Shown: positions 13,690 through 26,092 of the stretch, piece by piece
Layout: every line of letters begins with the position of its first letter
Position numbering within the stretch: the stretch's first letter is position 1
From: the human T2T-CHM13v2.0 reference genome, Homo sapiens
Length of the DNA: 64,000 nt
Assembly: GCF_009914755.1 (NCBI RefSeq)
Contig: NC_060926.1
Direction: 5' to 3' (one strand)
Program-made: the position numbers and the translations under genes
Notes under the pieces: generated by a model
Seen by the model: only the letters and a program-made list of their open reading frames with translations
The model's database searches: none
Told to the model about the DNA's origin: nothing

Positions 13690-13870
13690 TGTGATATTCA
13701 GTATAGTAGCCACTAGCTACTTTTAATCAGTTATAATTAAATGAAATTTAAAATTCAGTTCTTCCGTCATACTAGCTACATTTCAAATGCTCAATAGACG
13801 CACTTGGCTAGCGGCTTCTTTATTGGACAGGGCAGGTATCACAGAATATTTAACCAGACAGCATTGATCT
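13690..13870. mobile_element. MER3/MER33-like hAT MITE
   Basis: gtagccactagc...aaaattcagttc...catttcaaatgctcaatag...ttattggacag. Confidence 0.6.
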
Positions 13871-13884
13871 AAATGGTTGGTTTT

Positions 13885-14158
13885 TTTGTTTGTTTGTTTG
13901 TTTTTTAAACTGGAGTGCAGTGGTGCAATCTCAGCTCACTGCAACCTCTGTCTCCCAGGTTCAAACAATTTTCTGCCTCAGCCTCCCAAGTAGCTGGGAT
14001 TATAGGCGCCTACGAGCACACCCGGCTAATTTTTTTATTTTTAGTAGAGACGGGGTTTCACCATCTTGGCGGGGCTGGTCTTGAACTCCTGACCTCATGA
14101 TCCACCAGCCTTGGCCTCCCAAAGTGCTGGGATTAGGCATGAGCCACTGCACCAGGCC
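13885..14158 (-). mobile_element. AluS
   Basis: Alu reverse complement with a short deletion near the tail. Confidence 0.92.
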
Positions 14159-14534
14159 AAGTATCTTGTAGAGAGAGTTTATATTATGATTCAGATTTCC
14201 ATGTTGCCCATCTTTTTAATTAATCTTACAGACACTTAATGGAGCCCTTATTATGTCTTAAGTGCATGAGAAGTGCAAAGAGTGTAAAGACAAAAATCAT
14301 GTAGCCAAATCAAGTGGTGGAGACAGACATTTAAAACATAATTGCAACCCAACATGAATTCTCCAGGGAGAGGAGAGCAAAGGACAATGAAGGCAGAAAG
14401 AATCACGCTTGCAAATCCATGAAAGCTGTGGTGTGTTTGGGAAACTCTGGGTAATTTATTTAGCCCTAGACTAGTAAAAATAAGGACTAGAAAGGTATGC
14501 TGAGGCCAGATCTTGAAAGATTTCAAATAACTGC

Positions 14535-15110
14535 AGTCAGGTTACATTCCAATGAATGAAAAGCCAGTTGAAACTGGTTTAAAACACAAAGGTGGTGTAT
14601 TGATGTACAATGGAAAAAATCCAGCACTAGAGTGGTGAGCAGCTGTGATTCAACTAGAACTCTGGCTGCCTTGGTCTTTGAGTCTCTCAACTCTGCCACT
14701 TTGTTCTGGTTTTATCCTCATGATGAATAAGATGTTTGCTGTAGCTTCAAGCTTTGCACACATAATATGGCAATCTTTGGATGAAGAGAGGCTGGCCCTC
14801 TTCAAGATTTTCTCCCAAGATTGATGAAACTTGTTTTCTAAAAACCCTCAGCAAATTTCCCTCCCATCGCATCAGCTTAGTTAAGGTTACCTGTCCATTT
14901 CTGGCCAGCCCCTGTGGCCTGAGATTATGCCATGTACTAATTTGTTGAGAAACCTCAGACGTAAGCCAATCACTGTCTAGAATGTAAGAGTGCATGGAGA
15001 TCAATCAGCTTTTCTCTGAAGCTGGGGTGAGATTATGTGTTTCTGAGGCAAGGTCGCTACTGGAGAAGGGTGAATACCTGCGTGATAATTCAGAACTCAT
15101 CAAGAGATAG
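14535..15110 (-). mobile_element. Old MLT1 (MaLR) LTR
   Basis: cagtcagg...aaactggtttaaaacacaaagg start resembles MLT1J/K-type LTR. Confidence 0.45.
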
Positions 15111-15651
15111 AAGACTGGGTGTTAGGGGGTTAGCATTCTGAGTGGAGCATGGTTTCTGAAGTCAGACCTGAGTTGGTGTCCTTTATCCACCACTGCGTGG
15201 TGTAACTTTATGTAACTGAGCCTCAGTTTCCAAATGGAGATTATAATGGTCATTCTCTTTCATACCATTGTGAGATGTAAAAAGGTTAACATAGGAAAGG
15301 CACTTAGAATAGTGCCTGAACCACAGTAAGCGCTCAGCAAATATTAGCTTTAAATTCATACTCAAATATGGGAGGGAGTTTGAGCTTTATCTTTTAGAGT
15401 CTGACACTCCCATTGAAGGTCTTTTGTATCTTGACAGCTAGAAGATTTCCTACTACTTAAATAATAATAAAAGATTAGAACTCAAGTGATGCTGATGATG
15501 ACAGGAAATGTGAATTAGTTGAGTAGTTGGGACAGAAATCACATGGCCCGCAAAGCTGAGAATATTATCTGGCCCTTTACAGAAGTTTGCCAACTCCTGA
15601 AATAGAGGACCAGAAAAATGTCTTCTGATATAAAACACCTAAACATGTTAA

Positions 15652-15958
15652 GCCTGGTGCAGTGGCTCACCCCTGTAATCCCAGCACTTTGGGAGGCCAA
15701 GGTAGCTGAATCCTCCCATCTCAGACTCCCCAGTAGTTCCATATCAGCCTGGACAACATGGTGAAACCCTGTCTCTACCAAAAATACAAAAATTAGCTGA
15801 GCATGGTGGCAGTTGCCTGTAATCCCAGCTACTTGGGAGGCTGAGGCAGGAGAGTGGTTTGAATCCAGGAGGCAGAGGCTACAGTGAGCCGAGATCACAC
15901 CACTGCACTCCAGACTGGGCAACAGAGTGAAACTCTTTCTGAAAAAAAAAAAAAAAAA
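15652..15958 (+). mobile_element. AluS
   Basis: Full Alu with poly(A). Confidence 0.95.
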
Positions 15959-16619
15959 GTTTTTATAAAATAGTTTTAATGCATAGCTGAACTTGAAGCA
16001 AAATAAGGAAATTCCTAAGTGTCCCAAAATGACAAGAAAGTACACACCTACACACAAACAGAGTGAGAGAAGTTGAACAAGCACACACACAAATATGACA
16101 AATGTGTATTGAGAGCCAAATATACGTCAGGTACATATTGCTCTGTGCCTGGGGAGCAGGGGCAATAAGGTAGAAAACAAAACAGACATGGGATTAACCT
16201 CATAGATCTTAAAGTCCAGTGAGGTAGGCAACTTCTATAAGAAATAAATGTATATTAAATATTTTGAAAAGTACTGTGAAGAAAAAGAGCAAGATGCTTT
16301 GAAAGAGAGTAACAAGTGACACCTGCTTTAGGATTAGGTGCCTTGAAAAGGACTCCAGAAATAGTGCCACTGGAACTCAGGAGGAGTTAATGTATTCACG
16401 GAAATGGGAGAGAGCATTTCTTTTAGGTAGATGCCTAGGCTCTGCCAACTTTGCTTGATTCTATCTGATTCTATTAGACAAGTTATAGAAGTATAATAAT
16501 GCCTTTGCTACAAAACCAGAAATGGATAAATACTTAAGAATAAATTTTCACATCTCATCAAATGTGCGTTTTGATGCTATAGTAATTGTTCCAATTTAAA
16601 ACATTCATTTATACATATT

Positions 16620-17325
16620 TTCTTCTTTTCTTTTCTTTTTCTTTCTTTCTTTTTTTTTTTTTTTCTTTTTTTGAGACAGGTTCTCACTCTGGTTCCCAGA
16701 TTGGAGTGCAGTTCACAATCAGCTCACTGTAACCTCAAATTCTTGGGTTCAAGGGATTCTCTTGTCTCAGCCTCCTGAGCTGCTGGGAATATAGGCACAC
16801 ACAGCCACAGCTGGCTAGTTTTCATACTTTTTATACAGATAGGGCCTCACTATCTTGCTTATGCTGGTGTTGAACTTGTGGTCTCAAGCAATCCTCCTGC
16901 CTCAGCCTCTTAAAAGTGCTAGGATTACAAGTGTGAGCCACCACACCTGGTTTATACATATTTCAATCATTTTAATATAACAGCAAAGTCCGTTTGAGGC
17001 AGAGGACAGACTTTTATTTTTTTAATTATTGAAACATCTGTCTTGCTCTTATCACCAAGGCTGGAGGGCAGTGCATGACCATGGTTCACTGCAGCCTCAT
17101 CCACCAGGCTCATGTGATCCTCCCACCTCAGCCTCCCAAGTAGCTGGGACCACAGATGTGCAACACCATGCCCGGCTAATTTTTTTTTTTTTTTTTTTTT
17201 TTTTTGTAGACATGGTGGCCTCACTACATTGTACAGGGTAGTCTTGAACTCCTGGTTTTAAGCAATGTTCTGGTCTCAGCCTCACAAAGTGCTGGGATTA
17301 CAGGTATGAGCCATCACACCTGGCT
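16620..17325 (-). mobile_element. Two AluJ-type elements (~16620-16950 and ~17030-17325)
   Basis: Diverged Alu reverse complements with AluJ-like positions. Confidence 0.9.
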
Positions 17326-18929
17326 AGAGAACAGACTTTTAATAATAAAAGAAAAGTCCTTTTTATACTAAGGTTGACTTTAGGGGCCTGTCTAAAGTAA
17401 AGGTGGGTAGATGAGACTGCTTACAGAAAGCTAGCTTTGTGTGCTGAACTTGATACTATTAGAGGTTTCTTGAAAGATGTGGGAAAAAAGTTTAAAATTG
17501 CAACTGGAAGATGTTTGCTAGACTAGAAATGGAGAGTCCTAAGCACTCAGGAATTCAGCAAATGGCTGCTGGTTAGGTTTTTGTTTTTATTTTTTGGATT
17601 TAAGATACCCTCAAACTTTAGTTATTTCTGAATTGAAGATGACCAATTGATGGGTATGTTTGTATTAGTAAAATTGAAAAGCTTATTAATTTATATTTCA
17701 CATTATCAAAACCCATAAAGAAATTATACTTTGCCTTTGTAACCCATATGTCAGCTTGGATATCCCTGCCCTTTAATAAAATGTAATTATTGGCATTCCC
17801 CAAGAATTGTTGAGGATTCTCAGGTGGCTAATTGTTCATGGTCATCTCTGCTGTTGCTGGGGATGGATCAGTTTTGTTTATGAATCATTTTCATTTCACG
17901 TGAGCTCCATAACAAGTCGATCCAGACCAGGTAAAGGCCTCATTCTTCATTTGTCATAAATTGAGAATCAAACAACAAAAAAGAGAGAACACGTGCCTAG
18001 GCCGGCCTAACACTCGTAGGACCTGCCTTTACATACCACACATAGACATCCAATCTTTCAATGGGTCCTCTACCCTGTCAACTGAAATTTTCTGTCTTTA
18101 TTTTTCTCATCTTTTAAATCTTCCATTTACTGAAATTTAGGAGAAAATGAGGTCACTGAGTTTGTTAATTCATTTTGCTGAGTTTAGTACACAAATTCTA
18201 GGCAACATTTCACAGACCTGGCTCTTTCATGGTGTAATAAATGTGGGCTTTTGCAAACTGTTTTCCTCTTTTTGGTCTCACAGCTATGTTTTGGATAATT
18301 AAAGTTGCTAAAGTTCTAAACAGTCAATAGCAGGTTACTAGTAGGTTTTGTTCTTACATCTGCACTGGGTGGTAGCATAGGGCGGTAGAAAGAACACTGA
18401 AGCTCTAGTTACTACTATCTCCTCAATCAGAGAAGTAGAGCTTGGTGGAGAGACCATAGCCTAGTTAGCTAACCCATATGAGTCTTGTTTTTAGTATGCA
18501 TAAAGTGGATCTGATAATAATAGCTATTTCACAGGGATTTGCAAAAATCAAATGTAATCCTAAGTATAAAATAATGTTTTATATTGTGCAATATAAATAT
18601 TAGTTTTGTTATCAGTAACCTCTCATTTCTTTTACCCAGGTATGTTCTTTTGTTCATTATCCGTAAGCAAGACTCTCTACATTGCCTGTGTCAGTTTCAC
18701 ACTCTTATCAAGGATGTATACATTCCTACATTTTCTTTTCTACAGTTAGTCATCATTTCATTAGAAAGACATTTAGTATTCACATTTATATTATAACATT
18801 TAATTTGAAAAAAGCTTTTTGCAAGAAAGGAGAGTATAATCAGAAATTCATCTATAAAGTCCTAGGTTTCACCAGCCTGTGCCATGTGTGTTCACAGTCA
18901 CTCTCCATTCTGCATGAGTTGTACTAATG

Positions 18930-19330
18930 TGGGAGCTGAAGGAGATAAACCCCCCAAATCAGTAGCTTAATACAAATGAAATGTGATTGTCAATCACAGT
19001 AGTTCTAACTGGTAGAAGGCGTTGCACTCCACAGTCACTCAAGGATCCATGCTGATGGAAGGTTGCCATCTTCTGCACGTGGCTTCTAAGTCATCCATCT
19101 CTCTGGATGACAATATCCAGCTGCCAATGGAGTAAAAGAGGCACTGACATAATGTGGAAGGATTTTATGGTCCAGTCCCAGCAGTGCCCATCACATCTGT
19201 CCATATTCCACTCTCAGAAGTGTCACTGGGCTACATCTAAGTACAAGGATGGCTGGAAAATACATAGCTGTGTGCCCAGGAGGAAAGGAAAATAGGATTG
19301 CTGAATAGCTAATGAGGTTCTGCCATGGCC
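18930..19330 (-). mobile_element. MLT1K-like LTR, followed by MaLR internal-like sequence
   Basis: agtcactcaaggatcc...ttgccatcttc...ctgtgtgcccaggaggaaagg, then ggtcaccaaatatctg. Confidence 0.6.
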
Positions 19331-19971
19331 TTCTTTTTAGGTCACCAAATATCTGCTTTCCTGTCTTTCCCACACATACAAGACACTCATTCCTACCCAA
19401 GGGTCTCATACCATTATTGCATCCAGTTCAAAGTCCAAGGTCCAAAGTCCAAAGGGGAATAGACTATCCTTTGTATCAGATTCTGATATGTCAGCTTCTG
19501 GTTTGGCATTCTTGAATAAAAAGGCCAATTTTCTGCCTCCCATGTAGGGGTAAAAAATGTCTCTCTTCTACCTCTTGTCATGGTAGAACAGTGAAAAGAC
19601 CACCATAATTGAAGAAAAAAATAAAATTAAACAAATAAAGAAACCTGCTATGCAGGAAAGAGAAGACAGGCAGGCAAGCAGCAGTCCCTAGATTATAATC
19701 ATAAGGAAATCCTGAGTAGCAAGTAGTGAGAAGCTCCCTACACTGGGCATGGAGAAATTCCTTAAATAGCCTCTGAATCTACTCTCTGGGAGGAACCCTC
19801 TTTTCTGTCATTTTTGGTGGTGGCTCCATCCTCTGGAAGGTTCTTATTTCTTATTCGCTGGCTGTCACCTCTGAACTGGCTGTTAAGGAGTGTGCTTTTC
19901 TTGAGGTCTTTGGCTTTATAACTCATGCTGCAAGAGTAAAGGTGAAAACTAATGGGTGTTTTATGCTGATC

Positions 19972-20453
19972 TGTCCCGCAGACTCTGGCCAAGCGATGAA
20001 TGAAAGGAGTTCCCTGACACAGGTATTTTTCCTGACAGTGAGCTAGGGGACTGCACCACTCAGCACTGCCAATGAGAGAGTGCAGCAGCCAAAAGGAGTG
20101 CAGCCCCCTAAGCTGGCCCCACTTGAATTTATTTAGTACAGATTTAATGACAAGGGCTTGGAGCAAACACAATTTGTGGGTAATTAACATTGTCAACCCC
20201 TGCAAGTAGAGAGCAGTCCTGCACATGAATGATCAAAGGTTGGTTTCCAGAGATATAAGTAGAACAATTTATCTAGATAAGTTTCTTTACATTCCCTTGT
20301 TATCTAACCCTTGCTCTTAAGAGAATTTAACTGCCTTCAGCTAAATTCTCCTTTGAAGCTTTTGCAAAACCTCCCATTCTTCCAAGAAGATTTGTGTCTT
20401 TCCCTATAACCTTTTCTTACAACTTTTCCCACCACCCTGACCAAACTCCTACA
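19972..20453 (-). mobile_element. LTR22 (HERV-K22/HML-5) solo LTR
   Basis: Minus strand starts TGTAGGAGTTTGGTCAGGGTGGTGGGAAAAG and ends in CA; ~480 bp; no clear TSD. Confidence 0.75.
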
Positions 20454-23400
20454 GTTTTAGGTTTAAGGTCAGTCATTTGCTGGCTCTGGGGCTGTGGAAG
20501 AAAAACTAAATCCCTCAGTTCATGCACACAGTGTGACAGCTTGGCATAAGTAAAAGACATGAACAAAAGGATTAATGAAGGAGTGAAAGAAGGAAGGAGT
20601 GTGCATTAGGCACAACATCATCTAAAAACTAAAAAAACTAGAATGCATTAAACTTGTTCACTCAACAAGTATTGGTTGAGTGCCTACTAAGTGTCAAGTG
20701 CTGGGCCCAATGTGGGGGATACAGTGGAGGATACAGTGGCAACACATGGAAAGTAAAGGCAGTGAAAAGGCCATGGATTTAAAAATTAAAGGAAAAAAAG
20801 GGGTAATACATTTGTTATTGGTCTTAGCAAATCGAAAAAATGTGAGAAAATAGTGCAGCGTTTGCCAAATCTACAACTCTTTCACCCTCACTGAGTCTCA
20901 AATTAAGAATGCACAAAAGCAGAATTACTAGGAAATCAAAGTTTTATGGGTGTATTCCCTGAAGTAATAGCACTATACTGCAAAATTGGTGGAGGCCGTC
21001 TGCACATTTGAAATAACCAACCTGCACCTTTACCCCCTCCCCCAGATTCTAACCAAATAAAGTATGAAATAAGGCAGAACTCACCATGCTACACCAACTT
21101 ACCAGGAATGAAGTTGATGCTGATTGGAAAAGTGTCAAGCAATAAAGAAGAGTTTGGATTTATCTTTAACATTGTCTTCATGTCACTCAAGACTTTAATC
21201 TCAGCCAAATCTACTTCCAAAACCAATCTCTTGTGCAATGATCTTGTCTGGGTCCAGGCCAAGGCTTACTTCTATTGCATAGCCACTCTCACCCTTCTTG
21301 ATTTTCACTCTGAAGAACTTTCCTGTCTGGGTTAGAGTTTCCTCTGGTAGGCATCAGATTCTGCAAATATTTATTGTCTCATGTTAATCAAGACCCCCTC
21401 TAGATTCTGCTATTTAACTTTAACTATTTTGACATAAACAGAGTGATTTAAATGCAGTTGTAACTTGTTCCTAAGTAGGGCCTGGTATAGCTTTTAAGCA
21501 ATATATCTCTCCAGTCACACGTAATAATGAATGGATTCTAACTTACGCTAAGTACTACCGTGTTCCTGAAGGTAAATAAACCATGTCAGCTGTGTGAGGC
21601 TTATAAATTTTTCTTTAAAGCATAGTAACCAAAAATGTTACCAGTTTTCCTTTGATTACTACTATATTGCCCAGGAAGTGTGATCAAAAGACATCTGTTG
21701 TATGTATCAAAATTCATACATCTGTTTCATTCATTTCCTTTTATGGTATCACCTCTGACTTCCAGTTTCCCTACTGTCAGAGAGAAACAATTAAATGGGA
21801 GCTGCTTTGGACAACAGGATTTTTAAAAATCCAGTGGCCACAGAGAATTGGAACTGAAGAATCAGAAGAGAGGATTAATTTTCTTTCTTCTTACTAAGTT
21901 TCTTAAGTATTTTCAGAGCTCTTAAAGGGACATATCAATAGCAGGGAAAGTATCTGAATTAATGGCAGGATTCTTGAGGACTTTCTCACAAAGATAATTA
22001 AGGTGGCACTCTAAGAAAACAACCAGAGACATCACAAATAATGTATAGATATTTTTATTGTATTATTACTTATGGTAAACTTGGATCCAATTTGAATGTT
22101 CCACAATAGAGGAAAGATTCAATCAACAACAATACATACAAGTGTTAGAAAAGTATTCAGGCATTAAAAATCATGTTTTATCAAATACTAAATGACACAA
22201 AAAGGCTTGTAATATATTCAATGCAAAACCATATTCAGTATAATCTCAACTCTTAGCCCTAAATGTTCATATGATCTTGGATTAATTTTTTTTTTTTACA
22301 TTTTCAAATTTTCAAATTAGAAGTATGATTATTCTACTTCTATGGTGTGGAAAAAATTACCCTCTGTAAAAGTGAAAAAGTAAGAACAGTCATCTTCTAC
22401 TTTCCACGTTTTCCAAATACAATGAACACATTACACTTTCACAGTGGTAGAAAAGAAACATCTATCTTTTAAAACAGTAAATAAATCAGAATAAGACAAA
22501 TTCATCATGAATTTACAAAATTATGTCATCAAGTATAAGTTCAGTTCATGTTTAGTTTTGAAACTGTTTATCAAAATTAAATAGTTTGACTTATTTTTAT
22601 TAGAAATATGATTCTAAGTATTCAACATTGCTTTTTAAAAAATTATCTTCTAGTTTTTCACAAAATCTGAGGAGCTGATACGGAAAGCACACCAGATCTC
22701 ATGTGTTGAAATGTGAACATGCTCACCACAGACCAAGGACATTCAACCTGTCAATCCCCAGGATTTCCAAGCCAGGAGTTTCATCTCTTACTTGTGGAAA
22801 ATTTGTCCATTTAATTGTGAACCAATCAGCTTTTCATTGTGTCAAAATCAAATCTGGATAGTGAAATATATATTTTATCTTTATTGTTATCTTAAATATA
22901 TCTTGGCTTAAAGAGACATAAGTAGCTCTTCCCCACTACACCAGATAATGAGTTGCAAATAAATCATTCAGTAGTAAAGTTCAAAGAAAGCTTGAAAGCA
23001 TTTTGAATTTCCTAGTGTCTTACAGATTTGTTTCTTTTTACAACAACCATGTCCCATGTATATCTGTTTAGGACCTTAAGTTGTTAATAATCTACTCTGA
23101 ATAATTCCTTAAGAAAACATTAAAAGGACAATGTCTATACCTGGGAAATAAAACCCAAAGTAGTAGAAATTATATTAAAAATCATGTAGTTAATTACAAA
23201 TGAGTGTGAGCTTAGACACTGAAAAATGTGTCACTGAAAAAATACCAAAAATGGTCAGCCTTTTCCTGTTAAGTTACAGAAAGGTATATAATATAAGTAC
23301 TTAGTACATAAGAGAAGAGTTAGAATGAGATTGTACCAGGTTCAGAATTCCTCATCCGAGAAGACCAGACAAAATTCAAGGTTTTTAGAGAGGGACTACC

Positions 23401-24087
23401 CTGAATGATGTCACCAGTAAGTGAGTTTATAAACAAAGACAGAGCTTGGCAAGTTGCACTGGATACTTCAAACCAGTTTCTCTGGAAAAATTTGAGTTAC
23501 TCAATAAACCCTCAGTTTTCCTGAGGTAAATCAACTTTGAAATACAGTGGAGAACTCTGGGTGATAAATCACGCCGTGCTACACACTAGGACTGCAGTTC
23601 ACAGAACGTGATTAGATTTAAGGCAATAGAAGATAGGAACATTTTTTGAACTAGTTTATTGAATCCTTTTGAGAATATCACTGTTTGGCAGTTCCTAGAA
23701 AGCTTAGACAAATTAATCTTCAAGAGGCAAACAAATTAACTTTGAACTAAAAAACAAAAACACAACCAAAAACTTTGAATTAGAAAACATCTGCTAAGAA
23801 AAGCCCAACAATCTGACATGTTGATTATTATTTTTTAACACTTCAGGAATGCAAAGATGATTTTACTATTCAGACCTTTACATATCACACAACAGAAAAA
23901 TCCTTCAGTTGACTAGTTTCCATAAACTTTGTAGCGTTATGGCAAAACAAGAGTCATCTGTGAAATACACAAATGTTTTGTACTGAGGGATATTTTCACA
24001 TAACACAGGAGATGATACACTTAAATTTAGACCCCCTCAATCTCATCGTCATACTGATTATACTGTAAGCAGTGATTGGGGTGCACA

Positions 24088-24312
24088 CACTGTAACCTTC
24101 GACACCCTGGTTCAAGTGATTCTCCTGCCTCGGCCTCCCGAGTAGCTGGGATTACAGGCACGCGCCACCACATCCAGCTAATTTTTGTATTTTTGGTAGA
24201 GAGGGGGTTTCACCATGTTGGCCAGGATGGTCTTGATTTCCTAACCTTGTGATCCACCCACCTCAGCCTCCTTAAGTGCTGGGATCACAGGCGTGAGCCA
24301 CCGCACCCTGCC
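24088..24312 (-). mobile_element. 3'-truncated AluS at the composition boundary
   Basis: Alu reverse complement starting abruptly at cactgtaacctt, with no poly-T tail and no TSD found. Confidence 0.88.
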
Positions 24313-25828
24313 AATTAATCTTTAAAGTTAAGTGAACACAACAGGCCGGGACCTGCAGGAGTGCTCCAGGCAGAGGGGCAGCGCGTGGGTGGACTCTGGG
24401 CTGGGCATGGGCGGGGTGTGCTGAGCAGAGGACAGTGGGTGGGGCAGCTGCCGCCCTGCAGGGAGGGTAGCCACAGGGCTTTGCAGACCAGGACACCAGC
24501 TGCGATGACTTTAATTATCATCCAGACTTCATGGACCTTCAGGAGGCTTCAGTGGGGGGTGGACATGGTGGTCAGAAGAGAAATATGGTCATCGACTAAA
24601 GAGGCTTTTCAAAGGCTTCACATGTGTGCCAAAATCCAATAAAATAAACTCCACCACTCAAGTCAGTGGATAAATAAAAAGTCACTCTGCCATGAGGAGA
24701 AGGGTGATAGAGATGCTAGTGTGTGTAGGAGGAGAGCCTACGCACACTAGGAGGAGCAGGAGGCAGGCCAGTTGCATGCCAGGAAGAAGGACCAAACACC
24801 ATTATCATCCTTGCCAGCGCCCCCAGGTGCATACAATCATTATATTTATCCTTTCCAGAACTGACTGGGCACCGCTCTGAGCCAGCAGCCACCATGTGAA
24901 GTGGGACTGGGGCACAGGGCCAAAGAGACCCAGCCTGGCAAGGAGCTCAGTGTGGTAGAGGGGGTCTAGCCAGAAATTGAAAGAAAGGAGGGAGAAATAT
25001 TGGGGGACTATGGGAGCTGTCAGAATTAGTTTATCTTTAGCAGTATATATTACTTAATTATTTTTTAAAATCCAGGTTTAACCAAGAGATGCAGCAACAT
25101 TCCAATATCCTTTGATATGGATTGGAAATCTAATTGCAATGATGTCAATATGCTCAAGATCTCTCAGATCTCGAGGAGTGTTCCAGAAAAGCACCATACC
25201 TCTGACACTCCTGATCAATTTAAAACCTGGCTTTGGAGGAGCACTCCTCTTCCCTACCTCTGGCCCATCACAAGGACACTTCCCTCTGCTTCCAGGACTC
25301 CTCTAGCCCATCGTCTACCTGGATGTTCACTCTGTCCTTGCAGATGCTGAGTTTAGTCTTGTTGCTCTGCAGTTTAAGTTGCTTCTCTCCACCTTCCTGT
25401 CACAGCCAAGGAAGCCCATGTGAAATGCCATGGCGTGGCCCTGGCCTCTGCTCAAACTGAGTCTTTGGCCTCAGATTTCCTCTTCATCTTTTCCCCCCAT
25501 CTAAATCCGCTGGCCTTAAAGACAAGCCGTTTAATAATCTTCAGTCTGGCATTTGCCTCTCTGCACAATAGGCACTGAGGGTACACCAGTGGGCAGGACA
25601 GACACAGCCCCTGCCTTCATGGAGCTGATCCTGATAGCAAGGTTAGGCATAACATTAAACATTAAGAAAAATTGTAGTAAATGGTGTAAGAGGAATAAAG
25701 GGCAATATATGAGTACAGGCATACCTTAGTGCATACAAGGTATGTACCATAATAACTGATGAAGGTGGCTACACTAAACAACAAATTTTCCACGTAGATG
25801 AAACAGCTTTCTATCGAAAGAAGATGCT

Positions 25829-26092
<264 letters not shown>

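Larger units (their letters stand above)
18037..23600 (-). pseudogene. Candidate decayed multi-exon gene, identity unknown
   Basis: Minus-strand AG...GT cassettes at 23024-23063, 22792-22853, 21642-21773, 21103-21360 and 18037-18129, plus one ending at 23337; phases chain and in-frame stops are present (see findings). Confidence 0.5.

Noticed and set aside
15539-16090. 183-aa ORF and the many similar LECSG/WDYR ORFs
   Set aside because: Antisense Alu translations.
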